DNA of 64,000 nucleotides from Candidatus Hermodarchaeota archaeon (lineage in GTDB: Archaea; Asgardarchaeota; Thorarchaeia; Thorarchaeales; Thorarchaeaceae): the NCBI GenBank assembly GCA_048885865.1, contig JBHLLF010000001.1, positions 135,457 through 199,456 on the forward strand. Direction: 5' to 3'. The notes under the pieces are model-generated. The model saw nothing but the letters and a program-made list of their open reading frames with translations. It made no database searches and was not told the DNA's origin. A program made the translations under genes and the position numbers. Below are positions 55,083 through 64,000 of this stretch, in pieces. The stretch's first letter is position 1. Each line of letters starts with the position of its first letter.

Positions 55083-56480
55083 ATGGATGACCTTCAGGAA
55101 AATGTCGCAGCAGAGCCCGTAATACAAGAGAAGGCTGAGGAAGACGATGTTTCAGCTTTATCTTGGTGGCAATCAGTCAAGAAGGTCTTAAGCAATCGAA
55201 ATTGGGCTATCTATCTTGGGACAGTTTGGATCTACAGTAGTATGAATGTGCTGAACCAGTACTTCACTCTCTATTTCCGTGATATTGGTGTATCATACAT
55301 CATGGTTGGCATCGTAATCTCACTTATGTTTGTAGTGAACATGATTGGCACAACATTCTCTGGATATATAGCAGATAACTTCGACCGTCGGAAACTCTCA
55401 GGAATAACCTTGACGATCAATGGAATCGCATTCATCATGCTTTCTTTTGCAACAGAGATTATTGCAATAGTTATTGCAATCCTAATCTTTGGATTTTCTT
55501 CTTTCACTAGCACCGGTGGACAAGCTTATAGTATGGAACAGATTGACAGAAGACTGGGTGGAGTCGCAAATAGCCTGTTCACTTTAGGTACAACTTGGGG
55601 TCTGGTGCCGCTGTTCGTTGTAACAATCTTGTTGGACATTGGGACTCCATTTGTCGCTGTAATGCAGATGCTGATGTTTGCGGCAGGGATTCTGTTTCTG
55701 ATCTCTGCGCTCATTAGGTTCACCGTGTTGAAATCTCTTCCAAGACCGGAACGGATCAAGAAGGAAGGCAATATTCTGCGGGACTTTCTTAGCGAAAATG
55801 TACGCGGCCTGAAGCTCCTGTTCAAGGTTTTTCCCGTATTCGTCCTTATAATCGGTTTAGATGCTTTTAGTGACTCCTTCTATAGGTTCGCGAGTTGGTA
55901 TTTTGTCAATGAGACTCTCTCATTCTCAATAGGTGAGATCAATCTCATGATTTTGGTAACCCTTGCATTCTCAGTACCATTGACGCTATATCTCGGTCGT
56001 GTATTCGACCAGAGAGGAGGAAGGGAGCTTACAATTGCTGTCTACGCTGTTATGCCCATAGCGGTTGGCCTTCTAGTGCTAGCTGTGCAAGTGCCCTATA
56101 TAGCTCCTATTGAGTGGCTGGTTGCAGCTGACAATGTGTTTCCAGGTCTAAGCGTAGTCTTCTCACTAGCCTTCATTGCTACAGCTTTGAAGACTATCAA
56201 TGATACCCTATGGTTCTCCATCCTTGGCACCTACATCCTGAAATCACTACCTCGGCCAGATTTGGGGAAGATGCTGAGCTTGACTATGGTCGTTGTATTC
56301 CTATTCATCTCAGTCGGTCCAATTCCTGCTGGATTCATCTACGATGCATTTCAGGGCCTCCCACTGCTTCTCTCAGTAATAGCTATCAATGTGTGTATTC
56401 TCATAGTGCTCATTACTAGGAGCATTGAGCCAAGAATTGATGTTGAAGAGCTAGAACGTGAGCCCAATCTGCAAGTCTAG
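55083..56480 (+). CDS. MFS transporter.
   Basis: 465 aa with 12 TMs. MFS loop motifs 'GYIADNFDRRKL' and 'GRVFDQRGGRE'. Confidence 0.75.
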   Translation: MDDLQENVAAEPVIQEKAEEDDVSALSWWQSVKKVLSNRNWAIYLGTVWIYSSMNVLNQYFTLYFRDIGVSYIMVGIVISLMFVVNMIGTTFSGYIADNFDRRKLSGITLTINGIAFIMLSFATEIIAIVIAILIFGFSSFTSTGGQAYSMEQIDRRLGGVANSLFTLGTTWGLVPLFVVTILLDIGTPFVAVMQMLMFAAGILFLISALIRFTVLKSLPRPERIKKEGNILRDFLSENVRGLKLLFKVFPVFVLIIGLDAFSDSFYRFASWYFVNETLSFSIGEINLMILVTLAFSVPLTLYLGRVFDQRGGRELTIAVYAVMPIAVGLLVLAVQVPYIAPIEWLVAADNVFPGLSVVFSLAFIATALKTINDTLWFSILGTYILKSLPRPDLGKMLSLTMVVVFLFISVGPIPAGFIYDAFQGLPLLLSVIAINVCILIVLITRSIEPRIDVEELEREPNLQV

Positions 56481-56524
56481 CCTGTCCGGAAGGAATATGA
56501 TGGAGGAATTGTTTACCTCTTCTT

Positions 56525-57574
56525 GTGATGAAGATGTCAGATACACTGACCGTTGGAACAGCGGAAGCAAAGAGAGGAGAATTGGCAAGGGGTGTCATTA
56601 AAGGTATTGAACTCAATACATCTGACCGAATTGACATCCCTGTTCTGGTGATGAATGGCACCCGGGATGGACCGACACTTTTGGTGGTATCAACACAGCA
56701 TGGCATTGAGATACAAGGAATTGAGGTCATACACCAGGTCATGCGTGAGAGAGTGAATCCAAAGCAGCTGCGAGGTGCTATCATAGGAATTCCTGTGGAG
56801 AACCCTCTGGCATACATGCATCACCAATATTTGTCTTGGATTGACAATCAGGACCTCGGAGGTGGAGGAAGTGCAAGTCCACTCACAGCAGACAAGCCTG
56901 ATGGTACAGCGACTGAACGCCTCGCTCACGCCCTATGGACTGAAGCATGGTCCAAGGCAGATATGGTAATTAATATTCACTGCAACACCCGCCCTGATTC
57001 TCTCATCTTTCAAGAAATCCTGGTTGGAAATCCCAAGACCAAAGATGCCCTGTGGAAGATGGCAAAGGCATTTGGAGTCACTACTATTGTTGATGAAACC
57101 CCCTTCGAAGAGGATTCACCACCAACTCTTGCGAATCTAGTTGCCAAGAAAGGAGTTCCTGACCTTCTTATGGAACTCATTGATGGAAGATGGATATCTG
57201 AGCCTTCAACCACCGCAGGTGTGAGAGGGGTCCTCAACATCATGAAAGCCTTCGATATGCTGGATGGCGAAATCGAACCTCAGGAGGGCTTTCCCATCAT
57301 CAAAGGTGCATGCAAGTGGGAGGGCATCTTGCGGGCTAATAGAGGCGGGCTGATACGCCTTCTGAGGGCACCCGGGGAGTTCCTGAAGAAAGGGGAGAAG
57401 TTTGCTGAGATATACGATCTATATGGAGATGTTCTCGAGGAGGTCACCATACCTATTGATGGCTACATATGGGCATATCCATGTGGTGACATTCTTGGCA
57501 CACCTGGATCGATGCAGACCGTGCAGACTGGAGCAAACATCGCCTACTACTTCACTAGTTCGGAGCAGAAGTAG
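56525..57574 (+). CDS. Succinylglutamate desuccinylase/aspartoacylase (AstE/AspA) family zinc hydrolase, paralog 1.
   Basis: The 'PTLLVVSTQHGIEIQG' His-Glu zinc-binding block, a later 'NIHCN' block, and a C-terminal beta domain. Confidence 0.7.
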   Translation: MMKMSDTLTVGTAEAKRGELARGVIKGIELNTSDRIDIPVLVMNGTRDGPTLLVVSTQHGIEIQGIEVIHQVMRERVNPKQLRGAIIGIPVENPLAYMHHQYLSWIDNQDLGGGGSASPLTADKPDGTATERLAHALWTEAWSKADMVINIHCNTRPDSLIFQEILVGNPKTKDALWKMAKAFGVTTIVDETPFEEDSPPTLANLVAKKGVPDLLMELIDGRWISEPSTTAGVRGVLNIMKAFDMLDGEIEPQEGFPIIKGACKWEGILRANRGGLIRLLRAPGEFLKKGEKFAEIYDLYGDVLEEVTIPIDGYIWAYPCGDILGTPGSMQTVQTGANIAYYFTSSEQK

Positions 57575-57619
57575 GAGAGAACCACTCGAGTTCTCTCCCA
57601 TTCAATGAGCAATCGTTTA

Positions 57620-58441
57620 TCAAATGCTGTTATGTTTCTCTTTTTTTGCTGAAACAATGATTGAGTTGGGAAAGATCTGGTTAGTATCAATAAATGGATA
57701 ATAGGGATCCTTGGACTCACGATAGGGCATAGCCTCTGGGGGCACTGCTTCAATTTCCTTCCGATTGTACCCTCTTGGTTCATAGATGCCTTCGATTCTG
57801 AGCCCTGCAAAAATCAGACCGTTGATTATCTGGCCTAGACGCCAACCTGTGGACTCGAAGGTAGCTATGGACTCTCCATCATAGTCCGTCCAATCCCAGA
57901 TCTCTCGCTCGTCCTTGAAGTAATTGACTATCTTTGAGAGGTCATTGAGCTCCATCGCCTCACCGAATACGAGCCAAATTGGATGACTCATACATGTCAC
58001 AAATCTGCCACCAACTCTAAGTACTCGTGAGCATTCATTGAAGACCTTCTGAATATCAGACACATAATTCATGGCATGCATTGATACAATTAGATCGAAG
58101 GTGGCATCCTCAAGAACAGACATGTCCTCCATATCACTCTTGATGAAGCTAACATCAACGCCAACGCTGTCTGCAACTCGCCTAGCATACTCAAGCTGTT
58201 TGTCTGATTGGTCTAGTCCAACCACAGACTTGGCACCCCATTTGGCCAGTACAATGCTGTTCTGGCCTCCTCCACAGCCGACCTCAAGAACATCAAGTCC
58301 TTTCACGTTTCCAATTATTCCAAGCTCACGTTCTCCTGGGCCATAGGCATTGTAATGGATATTTTCCAGCGAGATTATCTGAGCAGCCTGGTAGTGGTCA
58401 GACAACTTGTCCCATGACTCTTCATTGCGTTTATTGGACAT
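57620..58441 (-). CDS. Class I SAM-dependent methyltransferase (type 11-like).
   Basis: Trimmed to MSNKRNEES. 'VLEVGCGGGQNS' motif I, 'FDLIVSMHAMNYV', 'LRVGGRFV'. Confidence 0.75.
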   Translation of the reverse strand: MSNKRNEESWDKLSDHYQAAQIISLENIHYNAYGPGERELGIIGNVKGLDVLEVGCGGGQNSIVLAKWGAKSVVGLDQSDKQLEYARRVADSVGVDVSFIKSDMEDMSVLEDATFDLIVSMHAMNYVSDIQKVFNECSRVLRVGGRFVTCMSHPIWLVFGEAMELNDLSKIVNYFKDEREIWDWTDYDGESIATFESTGWRLGQIINGLIFAGLRIEGIYEPRGYNRKEIEAVPPEAMPYRESKDPYYPFIDTNQIFPNSIIVSAKKEKHNSI

Positions 58442-58455
58442 TGTGGTCCCTTCCA

Positions 58456-59460
58456 ATGGGTCTCTTCGTTCGCAGAATTCGCGAAGAAATATATTCTTCG
58501 CCGTCAACGCTGCCTGAGCACAGCAAGAAGGTGGTTCTGCTGGATACAATAGACAAGAAACTCATACTAGAACTCGATGAGAATTGCAGAGCGACATTCC
58601 AAGAGCTTGCGCATAAGCTTGGGATGACTGCAAATGCAGTTAGGAAAAGAGTCACGAAACTTGTCGAACAAGGTGTCATAGAGGAATTTGTTGTCATTAT
58701 GAGGCCAGCAATGACTGGAGCTGAATTTCTTCTTGCTCTTCTCCACACTGATGGTCTTGAAGATGATGAGGCGCTCCTTAAGGAGATGGGTGATTATCCC
58801 GGAGTGGTCCAGACTGGCTTGATCGCATCTGTCAAAGGGCGTACATATCTAGTGTTCGCAGAATATATCGGAGCTGCTGGATTGATGGACCTGCGGAAGT
58901 TTCTTTGTGGTCTTGAATCAGTACAAGAAGTCGAGCTGCATACCCTTCTCAGACAAAAGGGCACAAAAATCGAGCTGAGCAAGCTGCATCTGAGAGTCCT
59001 GCGACAGTTAATAGAAGATGCCAGAATGTCTATCACGGATATAGCAAACAATACCGGGCTTTCAGCAAAGAGAGTTAGAAGGGCATTATCAGACATCACG
59101 GAGAGTGGTGCGTTCTGGCTTGCAGCTAGATGGAATCTAAGTGCTGGAGAGGATACGGAGTTTTACGCCAGGATTGAGATTGACGAACGGGTGGCGGATA
59201 GAGAAGCTGTGGATGAATATTTGCGATCCAATCATCCTAGTGAGTATTGGCTATCATTTCATTCAGCCATTGAGCCAACGGTATTTGCGAAATTCGTTAC
59301 AGAGCATTTCAGGGAATCAGATGAAATTGCAAAGGCATTGAAGAATGCACCATTTGTCAAATCGATTGACGTGCTAATTTGCTATCCTGTGTATAAGTTC
59401 GAAAGACTGAGTCAGCTAATGCTCAAAGAGAAGCTGACTGAAGCTGGACTCTGGCCCTAG
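58456..59460 (+). CDS. Tandem (duplicated) Lrp/AsnC-family transcriptional regulator.
   Basis: Trimmed to MGLFVRR to avoid overlap with the convergent MTase. Two HTH_AsnC units (LDENCRATFQELAHKLGMTANAVRKRVTKLVEQGVI; IEDARMSITDIANNTGLSAKRVRRALSDITESG), each followed by a RAM-like beta-alpha-beta-beta-alpha-beta region. Confidence 0.6.
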   Translation: MGLFVRRIREEIYSSPSTLPEHSKKVVLLDTIDKKLILELDENCRATFQELAHKLGMTANAVRKRVTKLVEQGVIEEFVVIMRPAMTGAEFLLALLHTDGLEDDEALLKEMGDYPGVVQTGLIASVKGRTYLVFAEYIGAAGLMDLRKFLCGLESVQEVELHTLLRQKGTKIELSKLHLRVLRQLIEDARMSITDIANNTGLSAKRVRRALSDITESGAFWLAARWNLSAGEDTEFYARIEIDERVADREAVDEYLRSNHPSEYWLSFHSAIEPTVFAKFVTEHFRESDEIAKALKNAPFVKSIDVLICYPVYKFERLSQLMLKEKLTEAGLWP

Positions 59461-59510
59461 AATCACTAGATATATCTAGTTCATTTTCTCCTTCTTGTTG
59501 TTTCAAGTGG

Positions 59511-60350
59511 GTGAGTTCCATGATGTTAGATATTCACAAACTGCGAAGCGAGTTTGGTGAAAAACACAGTCTTTTGACTACTTCTGATGGTGTCACTCTT
59601 TTCATTAGGGAGTGGGAACCTGAGGGTCAACCCAGAAGCACCGCCATTCTCATTCTCCATGGAATTACCGCCTACAGCGGTCCCTATAGCGAGATTGCGA
59701 CACCGTTCGCTTCAAGGGGCTTTGCGGTCTTCGGAATGGACCTCCGAGGCCATGGTCTTTCTGACGGAAATAGAGGTGACACTCCTGGGAGAGAGAGATA
59801 CGTGAAGGATCTCTGCGAAGCAATTGCATTCGTGAAGGAACGGCATCCCAGCATTGTTATTCTAGGACATAGTCTCGGTGTTCTTTCGTCTATCTTGGCA
59901 ATGAGTGCGTGCATCAACCAGATTGATGGTGCGATATTTCTCAGTGCGGCAAGAGATACACGGCCGGGAGTTTATCCCTCCATAGGTGGGGCGCAGAAGC
60001 TGAAGATTCTTCTTAGCTCAATTTTCTTTCCAAGCAGGCCTGTTATGGAGTATCGTCGGGAGGGAATGGTAGGGCTGGAAGATCCCTTGTTTACATTCAG
60101 CTACACACTTCGTTTTATGAGAACAACAGTCTTGTCGGACTTCAGCTTTCCTTCTGAGATGCCATTCCCTGTTCTCGTAGCTATAGGAAACGAGGACGAG
60201 CTATTTGCAGTCGATGCTGCCAGAGCCCTATTCGAGGAGATTCCATCAAAGACCAAGGAGTTCCTAGTTGCTGAAGGTGCCAGGCATGCAGTTTTTCCAA
60301 AAGGCTGTTTGAATCCTATATTCGAATGGGCTGATTCCACATTCAAGTAG
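59511..60350 (+). CDS. Alpha/beta-hydrolase (lysophospholipase/monoacylglycerol-lipase-like).
   Basis: 'LILHGITAYSGPY' oxyanion region, the 'GHSLGV' nucleophile elbow, and a C-terminal His/Asp. Confidence 0.75.
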   Translation: MSSMMLDIHKLRSEFGEKHSLLTTSDGVTLFIREWEPEGQPRSTAILILHGITAYSGPYSEIATPFASRGFAVFGMDLRGHGLSDGNRGDTPGRERYVKDLCEAIAFVKERHPSIVILGHSLGVLSSILAMSACINQIDGAIFLSAARDTRPGVYPSIGGAQKLKILLSSIFFPSRPVMEYRREGMVGLEDPLFTFSYTLRFMRTTVLSDFSFPSEMPFPVLVAIGNEDELFAVDAARALFEEIPSKTKEFLVAEGARHAVFPKGCLNPIFEWADSTFK

Positions 60351-60960
60351 GTTGGAAGTTCCTCTTCTGGAATGTATTAATGACAAGCAAACCAACGAAA
60401 AGGAGTGAGCCAAAGACGGTGAACCACTCAACAAGTGGACCACCAAAGAATATCTGAAAACCTAATGTTAGGAAGTCAATCGAAATCCCATAGACCGCAA
60501 TCAGTTTCCAGAAATCTGAATTTAGTACAAGTGCGAGGTTGACAATTAATAGCACAAAGAAGTTCAAGAGAAAGAAAGTTGAGGACGCCACCATATGAGG
60601 AGTCCCCTGGTCCTCCGAAAACACTCCTATCAATATGAGAGCCACTGCAGAGCAGAGTCCAATAACTTGACCTGTGATGAGAGGCACCTTTTGATACAGA
60701 CGATCTGTATGCCATTGATAGAATCCGATGTAGAAAGGAAATAGAGCGATACCTGTTAGAATGCAGCCAATATTGTAGAAATAGGCACCAAATGGGCTAT
60801 AGTTGAAGTTTCCAAGACGACTAAGATAGTGTGTGGATGGGCCATAGCTATCCGGATAGAATCCCCATGAGATGAATGTGAATGCTATATAGAGAATGAT
60901 TACTAAACAGCCACCAATCGTCAGTAGTGGCCATTTCGACAAAATATGCTTCATTAGCAA
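60343..60960 (-). CDS. Polytopic membrane protein (DUF998-like?).
   Basis: 205 aa with 6 TMs. The family call is tentative. Confidence 0.5.
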   Translation of the reverse strand: MLMKHILSKWPLLTIGGCLVIILYIAFTFISWGFYPDSYGPSTHYLSRLGNFNYSPFGAYFYNIGCILTGIALFPFYIGFYQWHTDRLYQKVPLITGQVIGLCSAVALILIGVFSEDQGTPHMVASSTFFLLNFFVLLIVNLALVLNSDFWKLIAVYGISIDFLTLGFQIFFGGPLVEWFTVFGSLLFVGLLVINTFQKRNFQPT

Positions 60961-61049
60961 ATCCTCTCAAGAGGAGGTGTACTGCCTCCTCTTAAGGCCT
61001 CGGCAGAGGGAATTACAGCGACCACTACTGCCACACTCTATGAATTCAT

Positions 61050-62180
61050 CTATTCATTTGGAGGTGGATACTGCGCTACAATAGGCTCATCATCCTCAAT
61101 GCCCATCTCGCTAACTATGTCATTGGGATAGACGTCCATCTTGGACCTTAGCGCAATCATGATGCCATCATGTTCTGTGCGAATGAAGCCATCTCCAATA
61201 GGCCTGCCATGGATATCGGTAATCTTGGCGATGGGGTCTCCAGCCTTCACAAGATCACCAGGATTAACCAGAAGCTTAACAATCCCAGATTCAGGCGCAC
61301 GTGGATGCTCAATTCTCCTGACTCGATATGGAGGCTTTTTGATACCAAAATCGGATATCTCCTCCATTGGGCTATCTAGCATACCTGCCCATCTCAGGAC
61401 ATTTCGTGTAGCCTTAATTGATTCAGCAACAATCTCCGGAACAAGTACATTATTACTTCCCAGCTCTACAGTAAATGCCGGTCTTCGCAGAGAATTAAGT
61501 ACGGCACCAGAAGCAGAACGATGATATTTCAAATTGATATACTTCTTGGCAGGAAAGTCAGCTGATCCGACCATTCCGAACGCTTCGACCATGGCCTTCT
61601 GCTGTTCTGCCAGTTTCTCAGCTTCTTCTTTGTCTGAGTCATCTTTGTAAAAGATACGATCGAGAATCGAGTAGGGTATTGATCTTAACGTATGATTATG
61701 GAAGTCAAGATGATAATCGGCATACTTATCGTAATAGTCATAGAGCTTCTTTGCGACCTGCTCATAGGGCTTTGGATACTGCTTGTCTTCGTCATCTTCT
61801 TCCTTTTTAGCAAACCTCCCCTCTGGGAATGTTCTGTTGGGATCCCTCTCGTCGTAATCTGGGTATCGTGCATAGCGACGAAAGCCCGCTGGATTCTGTG
61901 TGGGAATAGCCACAACTGTCCCCTTCAGTGATTTGGCCAAGTCTATGGTCATCACTTCATGAATGATTGCGATTCCAGTCAGCTCATTTCCATGAATATT
62001 CGCCGTCAAGAAGAAGGTAGGACCATCCTCGGTTCCCTGTGCGATTATCACTGGTATCTGATCAACAATCCCGGTTGGCAAATCCATGGCGTCAATATGC
62101 CCGTAGGTGAGCTTGCCAGGTTCGCTCTTCGCGGTTCCTATCGTTATGGATTTCATTGTAGAATCACGAGAACAGGTCAA
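61050..62180 (-). CDS. Succinylglutamate desuccinylase/aspartoacylase (AstE/AspA) family zinc hydrolase, paralog 2.
   Basis: 'PTFFLTANIHGNELTG' zinc block, 'LDFHNH', and an acidic insert (KKEEDDEDKQYPKPYE). Confidence 0.7.
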   Translation of the reverse strand: MTCSRDSTMKSITIGTAKSEPGKLTYGHIDAMDLPTGIVDQIPVIIAQGTEDGPTFFLTANIHGNELTGIAIIHEVMTIDLAKSLKGTVVAIPTQNPAGFRRYARYPDYDERDPNRTFPEGRFAKKEEDDEDKQYPKPYEQVAKKLYDYYDKYADYHLDFHNHTLRSIPYSILDRIFYKDDSDKEEAEKLAEQQKAMVEAFGMVGSADFPAKKYINLKYHRSASGAVLNSLRRPAFTVELGSNNVLVPEIVAESIKATRNVLRWAGMLDSPMEEISDFGIKKPPYRVRRIEHPRAPESGIVKLLVNPGDLVKAGDPIAKITDIHGRPIGDGFIRTEHDGIMIALRSKMDVYPNDIVSEMGIEDDEPIVAQYPPPNE

Positions 62181-62255
62181 TCTATGGGAGTCTTTAATCC
62201 ATCGAAATGCACCACTGTAGTTAGCTATATCAGCAATCAGCCAAGATATTGAAGC

Positions 62256-63407
62256 ATGACTTCATCCATCGATCGATTGCGGGCTTTAGACGTAGGAAGC
62301 TTCCCATTGGATGCGGATATGTCGAGGTATATCGAGGGAGCAAGGATGATCGAGAATGATCCAGAAGCTGAGCATGAGGATGTATCCTACTTCGTGGCTA
62401 AACACAATGAAGCTTTTCGATTAAAGGCCGACGCAATGGGACCGTATGCATCTGTCACAGGCTTTGCTCAGAGCAGAGGGATGATTGCTCAGTATCTTGA
62501 ACCACTTTTCATGGAAGCGACTGGAGAGACGAACCTGAAATCTGACAAGATTCTCACCAAGTCAAATGCTCAGAGAGTAGCTGCAGAAATCGCAACAGGG
62601 CAGCTCTCTTTGGATGCGATCCCCACTAGAGTTGCTGAAGTCGTTGCACTTGAGATAGGAGCTGAGTGGCTGAGCGAGGCACTTGCAGTAAGCAAGATAT
62701 CATACAAGGCATCAATCACAGGGCCTTTGGAACTCACCATGAACCTGCAGAGGCTTGCAGGCTTTCCTCGTGGTTATGATGTGAAATTAATGGACTTTTT
62801 TTCGGACTTAGTTGAGAAATATGTGAAGGGAGCATTAGTTTCCTCAAGGCACCTAAGACCAGAAGTCATCACATTGGATGATCCTTCCTTTGGCCTCGAG
62901 GGGCTAGCTGATTTCTTTACAGATACGAAAAGTGATGAATCACTTAATCATATGATTTCATGCTGGGACAGAATATACGCCAACGTGCCACGTAACGTAT
63001 ACAGAGGATTGCATCTCCACACCTCCCCCTTCGAACATCTATTTCCTGCAGGCTGGAATCTTCTTGAAGCACATGTTGGCGTCTATGTCAATCCAGAGTG
63101 GCTTGTAGAAAATGACAAGTATCTTCGTGCAGCAATCATGAGAACTGATGGTCCTTCATTCCCTTCAGATGCTGATTTGAAGGCTGCATGGAATGAAATA
63201 AAGGAAGGAAGATTTGAGAAGTACCTTCAGACTGAATCAGAGATGAGACGCTATCTTGATGAAAATCTGGAGCTTTATGGTTCAGAAAGAGTTCCATTTG
63301 CAGGACCTGAATGTGGTGTGGGGCCATGGGATTGGAAATACGGGGCTGAAATGGCGTTATCTAATCTCAGGACCGTGAAGAGAGTCGTGTCAACTTCACA
63401 AAGCTAA
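62256..63407 (+). CDS. MetE/UroD-like TIM-barrel protein (cobalamin-independent methionine-synthase-family-like).
   Basis: 383 aa. N-terminal 'LDVGSFP' and C-terminal 'GPECGVGPW' resemble the MetE catalytic-domain zinc-ligand blocks. The assignment is uncertain. Confidence 0.45.
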   Translation: MTSSIDRLRALDVGSFPLDADMSRYIEGARMIENDPEAEHEDVSYFVAKHNEAFRLKADAMGPYASVTGFAQSRGMIAQYLEPLFMEATGETNLKSDKILTKSNAQRVAAEIATGQLSLDAIPTRVAEVVALEIGAEWLSEALAVSKISYKASITGPLELTMNLQRLAGFPRGYDVKLMDFFSDLVEKYVKGALVSSRHLRPEVITLDDPSFGLEGLADFFTDTKSDESLNHMISCWDRIYANVPRNVYRGLHLHTSPFEHLFPAGWNLLEAHVGVYVNPEWLVENDKYLRAAIMRTDGPSFPSDADLKAAWNEIKEGRFEKYLQTESEMRRYLDENLELYGSERVPFAGPECGVGPWDWKYGAEMALSNLRTVKRVVSTSQS

Positions 63408-63554
63408 GAAGTCCTGTGAGGAAGATATACTTCCCTTTTCAAGTCACCAACTTACATGGAAATAGAGATGAATGGCTCCCAGTATGGGAGCCATCCAATC
63501 AGTTCAGATTCTATGGAATAATCGAACTCAATGCAAATTCATTCATGTCTTAGG

Positions 63555-64000
63555 TCAATTCATATTGTCAGCTTGAACCCACACAAAGTCTTGACCCTGT
63601 ATCGGCGTTCCTCCCGCATCCTCTTTGAGATTGCCTGTGACAATCAAAGCAACAGAACTTCCCTTGAAGTCAGCCAGGCTAAGTGCAATTACGACCTCTT
63701 GAGTGTCGAAGTGCAGGACAAGATCCAGATACGTATCAGGACCCTCTTCATGTCCACCACCTTCTTCTCCGTCATAGGGCGTCGCTACATCCTCATAGCT
63801 CCAGCGCAGTGGAGCAACTCCATCTTCAACACCCTCAATCGTAAGTCGAATGCTGGCGGGATCAATGGTCGTGACATCGAAGTCCTCCAAGCCACAAATA
63901 GCTAGAGGCATGACACCCTTGCTCTCAGTGTTTATTGGGTTGGGCCAAGATTCTGGTTTGATGTCAACGAAGACTGTTATCACCGGTGGCGGTGGAGCTA
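63555..64000 (-). CDS. Hypothetical acidic protein, probably partial. The reading frame stays open to the window edge.
   Basis: The track start at 63983 is a GTG. Upstream codons (APPPPV...) continue without a stop to position 64000. Asp/Glu/Gly-rich. Confidence 0.35.
   Translation of the reverse strand, partial: APPPPVITVFVDIKPESWPNPINTESKGVMPLAICGLEDFDVTTIDPASIRLTIEGVEDGVAPLRWSYEDVATPYDGEEGGGHEEGPDTYLDLVLHFDTQEVVIALSLADFKGSSVALIVTGNLKEDAGGTPIQGQDFVWVQADNMN

Noticed and set aside
63531-63905. ORF 63531-63905(+) overlapping the terminal minus-strand gene.
   Set aside because: It is antisense to the acidic minus-strand ORF that continues to the window edge. No motif and an odd composition.
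1-64000. Mobile elements, prophage or integrase remnants, rRNA operon, CRISPR-cas.
   Set aside because: No transposase/integrase/recombinase-like translation, no terminal inverted repeats flanking a cassette, and no rRNA-like conserved stretches were seen. The tandem peptide cassette at 50.7-51.4 kb is repeat-like but carries no recombinase.

Overview
The window reads as a gene-dense archaeal chromosomal segment of about 67 protein-coding genes on both strands. I found no rRNA or tRNA genes, no CRISPR array and no transposase or integrase. Archaeal hallmarks include TATA-box-like promoters with short leaders, a Dpo4-type Y-family polymerase, a DUF106/EMC3-like insertase, Lrp/AsnC and ArsR regulators, an OB-fold SSB and an F420 gamma-glutamyl ligase (CofE). 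An LRR protein, a HEAT-repeat protein and a flotillin/NfeD pair are reminiscent of Asgard-type archaea, but that is inference only. Most genes are metabolic or housekeeping: MFS transporters, several amidohydrolases, adenine deaminase, a PLP-dependent ACC-deaminase-family enzyme, threonine dehydratase, a P1B metal ATPase with ArsR, an ABC exporter, MscS, DinB and SfsA. The loci most worth a second look are: (1) a tandem array of three paralogous tiny basic-peptide genes, two of them behind near-identical promoter/operator/leader modules (50.7-51.4 kb); (2) a translationally coupled pair of zinc-ribbon membrane proteins with poly-Gly and poly-Ile segments, plus a divergent small Cys-cluster/poly-Ile protein (18.5-21.1 kb); (3) an NfeD-like membrane protein carrying a ~110-aa His/Asp/Glu-rich repeat insert, upstream of a flotillin, preceded by an inverted-repeat operator, with a redox-linked histidine kinase and ArsR-P1B ATPase alongside (30.0-36.9 kb); (4) a MoxR AAA+ ATPase with a giant vWA partner (13.1-16.6 kb); (5) an OB-fold SSB with an RGG-repeat tail; (6) a putative N-acyl/D-amino-acid catabolic island with two aspartoacylase-family paralogs, D-aminoacylase, a HemL-like aminomutase, a tandem-Lrp regulator and a MetE-like protein (51.5-63.4 kb). 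All functional calls are from reading the translations and recognising motifs; no database search was run.
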